DNA from: Malacoraja senta
Lineage: Eukaryota
Assembly: GCA_038087875.1 (NCBI GenBank)
Contig: CM075991.1
Coordinates: 3,224,001 to 3,288,000, forward strand
DNA: 64,000 bases
Reading direction: 5' to 3'
How positions within the stretch are numbered: position 1 is the stretch's first letter; each line of letters opens with the position of its first letter. Below the pieces are notes generated by a model. It saw nothing but the letters and a program-made list of their open reading frames with translations. It made no database searches and was not told the DNA's origin. Positions 60,370 through 64,000 of this stretch are shown here, piece after piece. Made by a program: the position numbers and the translations under genes.

Positions 60370-63300
60370 ACATAGATACATAGATACATAGAAAATAGGT
60401 GCAGGAGTAGGCCATTCGGCCCTTCGAGCCTGCACCGCCATTCAATATGATCATGGCTGATCATCCAACTCAGTATCCCGTACCTGCCTTCTCTCCATAC
60501 CCCCTGATCCCCTTAGCCACAAGGGCCGCATCTAACTCCCTCTTAAATATAGCCAATGAACTGGCCTCAACTACCCTCTGTGGCAGAGAGTTCCAGAGAT
60601 TCACCACTCTCTGTGTGAAAAAGTTTTTCCTCATCTCGGTCTTAAAGGATTTCCCCCTTATCCTTAAGCTGTGACCCCTTGTCCTGGACTTCCCCAACAT
60701 CGGGAACAATCTTCCTGCATCTAGCCTGTCCAACCCCATAAGAATTTTGTACGTTTCTATAAGATCCCCTCTCAATCTCCTAAATTCTAGCGAGTATAAG
60801 CCAAGTCTATCCAGTCTTTCTTCATATGAAAGTCCTGACATCCCAGGAATCAGTCTGGTGAACCTTCTCTGCACTCCCTCTATGGCTATAATGTCCTTCC
60901 TCAGATTTGGAGACCAAAACTGTACGCAATACTCCAGGTGTGGTCTCACCAAGACCCTGTACAACTGCAGTAGAACCTCCCTGCTCCTATACTCAAATCC
61001 TCTTATTATGAAGACCAACATACCATTCACTTTCTTCACTGCCTGTTGCACCTGCATGCCTACTTTCAATGACTGGTGTACCATGACACCCAGGTCTCTC
61101 TGCATCTCCCCATTTCCTAATCGGCCACCAGTTAGATAATAGTCTGCCTTCCCGTTTTTGCGACCAAAGTGGATAACCTCACATTTATCCACATTATACT
61201 GCATCTGCCAAACATTTGCCCACTCACCCAGCCTATCCAAGTCACCTTGCAGTCTCCTAGCATCCTCCTCACAGCTAACACTGCCCCCCAGCTTAGTGTC
61301 ATCCGCAAACTTGGAGATGTTGCTTTCAATTCCCTCGTCCAGATCATTAATATAAATTGTAAATAGCTGGGGTCCCAGCACTGAGCCTTGCGGTACCCCA
61401 CTAGTCACTGCCTGCCATTCTGAAAAGGACCCGTTTACTCCTACTCTTTGCTTCCTGTTTGCCAGCCAGTTCTCTATCCACATCAATACTGAACCCCCAA
61501 TACCGTGTGATTTAAGTTTGTATCCTAATCTCTTATGTGGTACCTTGTCGAAAGCCTTCTGAAAGTCCAGATACAACACATCCACTGGTTCTCCCCTATC
61601 CACTCTACTAGTTACACCCTCGAAAAATTCTATAAGATTCGTCAGACACGATTTACATTTCGTAAATCCATGCTGACTTTGTCCAATGATTTCACCACTT
61701 TCCAAATGTGCTGATATCCCATCTTTAATTACTGACTCTAGCAGTTTCCCCACCACCGATGTTAGACTAACTGGTATGTAATTCCCCGTTTTCTCTCTCC
61801 CTCCCTTCTTAAAAAGTGGGGTTACGTTTGCTACCCTCCAATCCTCAGGAACTACTCCAGAATCTAAAGAGTTTTGAAAAATTATCACTAATGCATCTAC
61901 TATTTCTGGAGCTACTTCCTTAAGTACTCTGGGATGCAGCCTATCTGGCCCTGGTGATTTATCGGCCTTTAATCCATTCAATGTCTTCCTTAGTGAAGAC
62001 GGAACCAAAGTAGTTATTCAATTGGTCCGCCATAACCTTGTTCCCCATGATCAATTCACCTGTTTCTGACTGCAAGGGACCTACATTTGTTTTAACTAAT
62101 CTCTTTCTCTTCACATATCTATAAAAACTTTTGCAGTCAGTTTTTATGTTTCCTGCCAGTTTCCTTTCATAATCTATTTTCCCTTTCCTAATTAAGCCCT
62201 TTGTCCCCCTCTGCTGGTCTCTGAATTTCTCCCAGTCCTCTGGTATGCTGCTTTTTCTGGCTAATTTGTACGCATCATCTTTTGCTTTGATACTATCCCT
62301 GATTTCCCTTGTTATCCACGGATGCACTACCTTCCCTGATTTATTCTTTTGCCAAACTGGGATGAACAATTTTTGTAGTTCATCCATGCAGTCTTTAAAT
62401 GCCTTCCATTGCATATCCACCGTCAACCCTTTTAGAACTAATTGCCAGTTAATCTTGGCCAATTCACGTCTCATACCCTCAAAGTTACCTTTCTTTAAGT
62501 TCAGAACCGTTGTTTCTGAATTAACAATGTCACTCTCCATCCTAATGAAGAACTCAACCATATTATGGTCACTCTTGCCCAAGGGGGCACGCACAACAAG
62601 ACTGCTAACTAACCCTTCCTCATTACTCAATACCCAGTCTAGAATAGCCTGCTCTCTCGTTGGTTCCTCTACATGTTGGTTTAGATAACTATCCCACATA
62701 CATTCCAAGAAATCCTCTTCCTCAGCACCCCTGCCAATTTGATTCACCCAATCTATATGTAGATTGAAGTCACCCATTATAACTGTTTTGCCTTTGTTGC
62801 ACGCATTTCTAATTTCCTGTTTGATGCCATCCCCAACTTCAGTACTACTGCTAGGTGGCCTGTACACAACACCCACCAGCGTTTTCTTCCCCTTAGTGTT
62901 TCGCAGCTCTACCCATACCGATTCCACATCCTCCAAGCTAATGTCCTTCCTTTCCACTGCGTTAATCTCCTCTCTAACCAGCAACGCTACCCCACCTCCT
63001 TTTCCTTTCTCTCTATCCATCCTGAATATTGAATATCCCTGGATGTTCAGCTCCCAGCCTTGGTCACCCTGGAGCCATGTCTCCGTGATCCCAACTATAT
63101 CTTAATCATTAATTGCTATCTGCACGTTCAACTCATCCACCTTATTGCGAATGCTCCTTGCATTGAGACACAAAGCCTTCAGGCTTGTTTTTACAACGCT
63201 CTTACCCCTTATACAATTATGTTGAAAAGTGCCTCTTTTTGATTTTTGCCCTGGATTTGTCTGCCTGCCACTTTTACTTTTCACCTTGCTACCTATTGCT

Positions 63301-63720
63301 TCCGCCCGCATTTTACACCCCTCTTTTTCTCTGCTCAAGTTTAAAGTCTCCCCAGTAGCCTTTGCAGATCTCCCTGCCAGGATATCGGTCCCCCTCAGGT
63401 TCAAGTGCAACCCATCCTTTTTGTAGAGGTCGAACCTTCCACAAAGGAGGTCCCAATGATCCAGAAATTTGAATCCCTGCCTTCTGCACCAGTCCTTCAG
63501 CCACGCATTTATCCTCCACCTCGCTCCATTCCTACTCTCACTGTCGCGTGGCACAGGCAGTAATCCCGAGATTGTTACCTTTGCTGTCCTTCTCTTTAAC
63601 TCCCCTCCTCTCCCTAAATTCTCCTTTCAGGACCTCTTTTCTTTTTTTACCTATGTCATGGGTACCTATATGTACCACGACCTCGGGCTCCTCTCCCTGC
63701 CCTTTCAGGATATCTTGGAC
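60370..63720 (-). mobile_element. Long 5'-truncated CR1 (part of ORF1 + ORF2) inserted in Hero copy 2
   Basis: 512-aa and 353-aa ORF2 pieces; 5-bp TSD GTGTT at 60365-60369 and 63721-63725; two internal deletions. Confidence 0.96.
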
Positions 63721-64000
63721 GTGTTGATCTCAACTTCCAGTCTGTGCCACTCTGATGTTACTGACCCTGATGAGACTCTCATGCTGAACTGGTTGTAATA
63801 GTCCAGGATGAGATCTGCCACTTAGCCCGGCACATGGTGCTTGGCCATGACTGTCGGATCAGCTTGTGTGGGAAGGAGCCATAGGCATTGGCCAGGTCAA
63901 GCCAGAGCACTGTCAGGTCCCGCTTGTTCTCCCTGGCTTCTCTGATGAGCTGGGTCACCATTCCCGTGTGCTCTAGACACCCCGGCACTCGAGATAAGGC

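Larger units (their letters stand above)
39225..64000. repeat. Segmental duplication, copy 2; expanded by DIRS and CR1 insertions and running off the window
   Basis: 39225-44080 matches 24495-29141 plus 33802-34067; 63721-64000 matches ~34117-34395. Confidence 0.93.

Overview
Eukaryotic, transposon-saturated DNA. It is most likely from an elasmobranch (skate, ray or shark), inferred from HE1-like SINEs and CR1 LINEs with (TTTCTATG)n tails. I can identify no host gene. The window is a nest of retroelements: many CR1 copies (one full-length at 29142-33796 with a single frameshift), L2, Tx1-like, a 2A-like/PHD non-LTR element, Penelope remnants with decayed minimal hammerheads, a Gypsy provirus, solo LTRs, a Sushi-type gag remnant, a non-autonomous hAT element, two copies of a Hero-like RLE LINE and two DIRS1-type tyrosine-recombinase retrotransposons. 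Larger rearrangements are a duplication with a ~14.7 kb offset (24495 onward vs 39225 onward) and a ~1676-bp unit triplicated by recombination between two CR1 copies. Three observations stand out. (1) The Hero 3' UTR carries a complete hammerhead ribozyme core whose three strands are in a non-circularly-permuted (pseudoknotted) order, with a competing hairpin that could switch it off. (2) One DIRS sits precisely inside the ICR/circle-junction sequence of another DIRS. (3) A 2A-like motif precedes a PHD finger at the window start. Family calls come from motif recognition by eye, not database searches, and boundaries of decayed elements are approximate.
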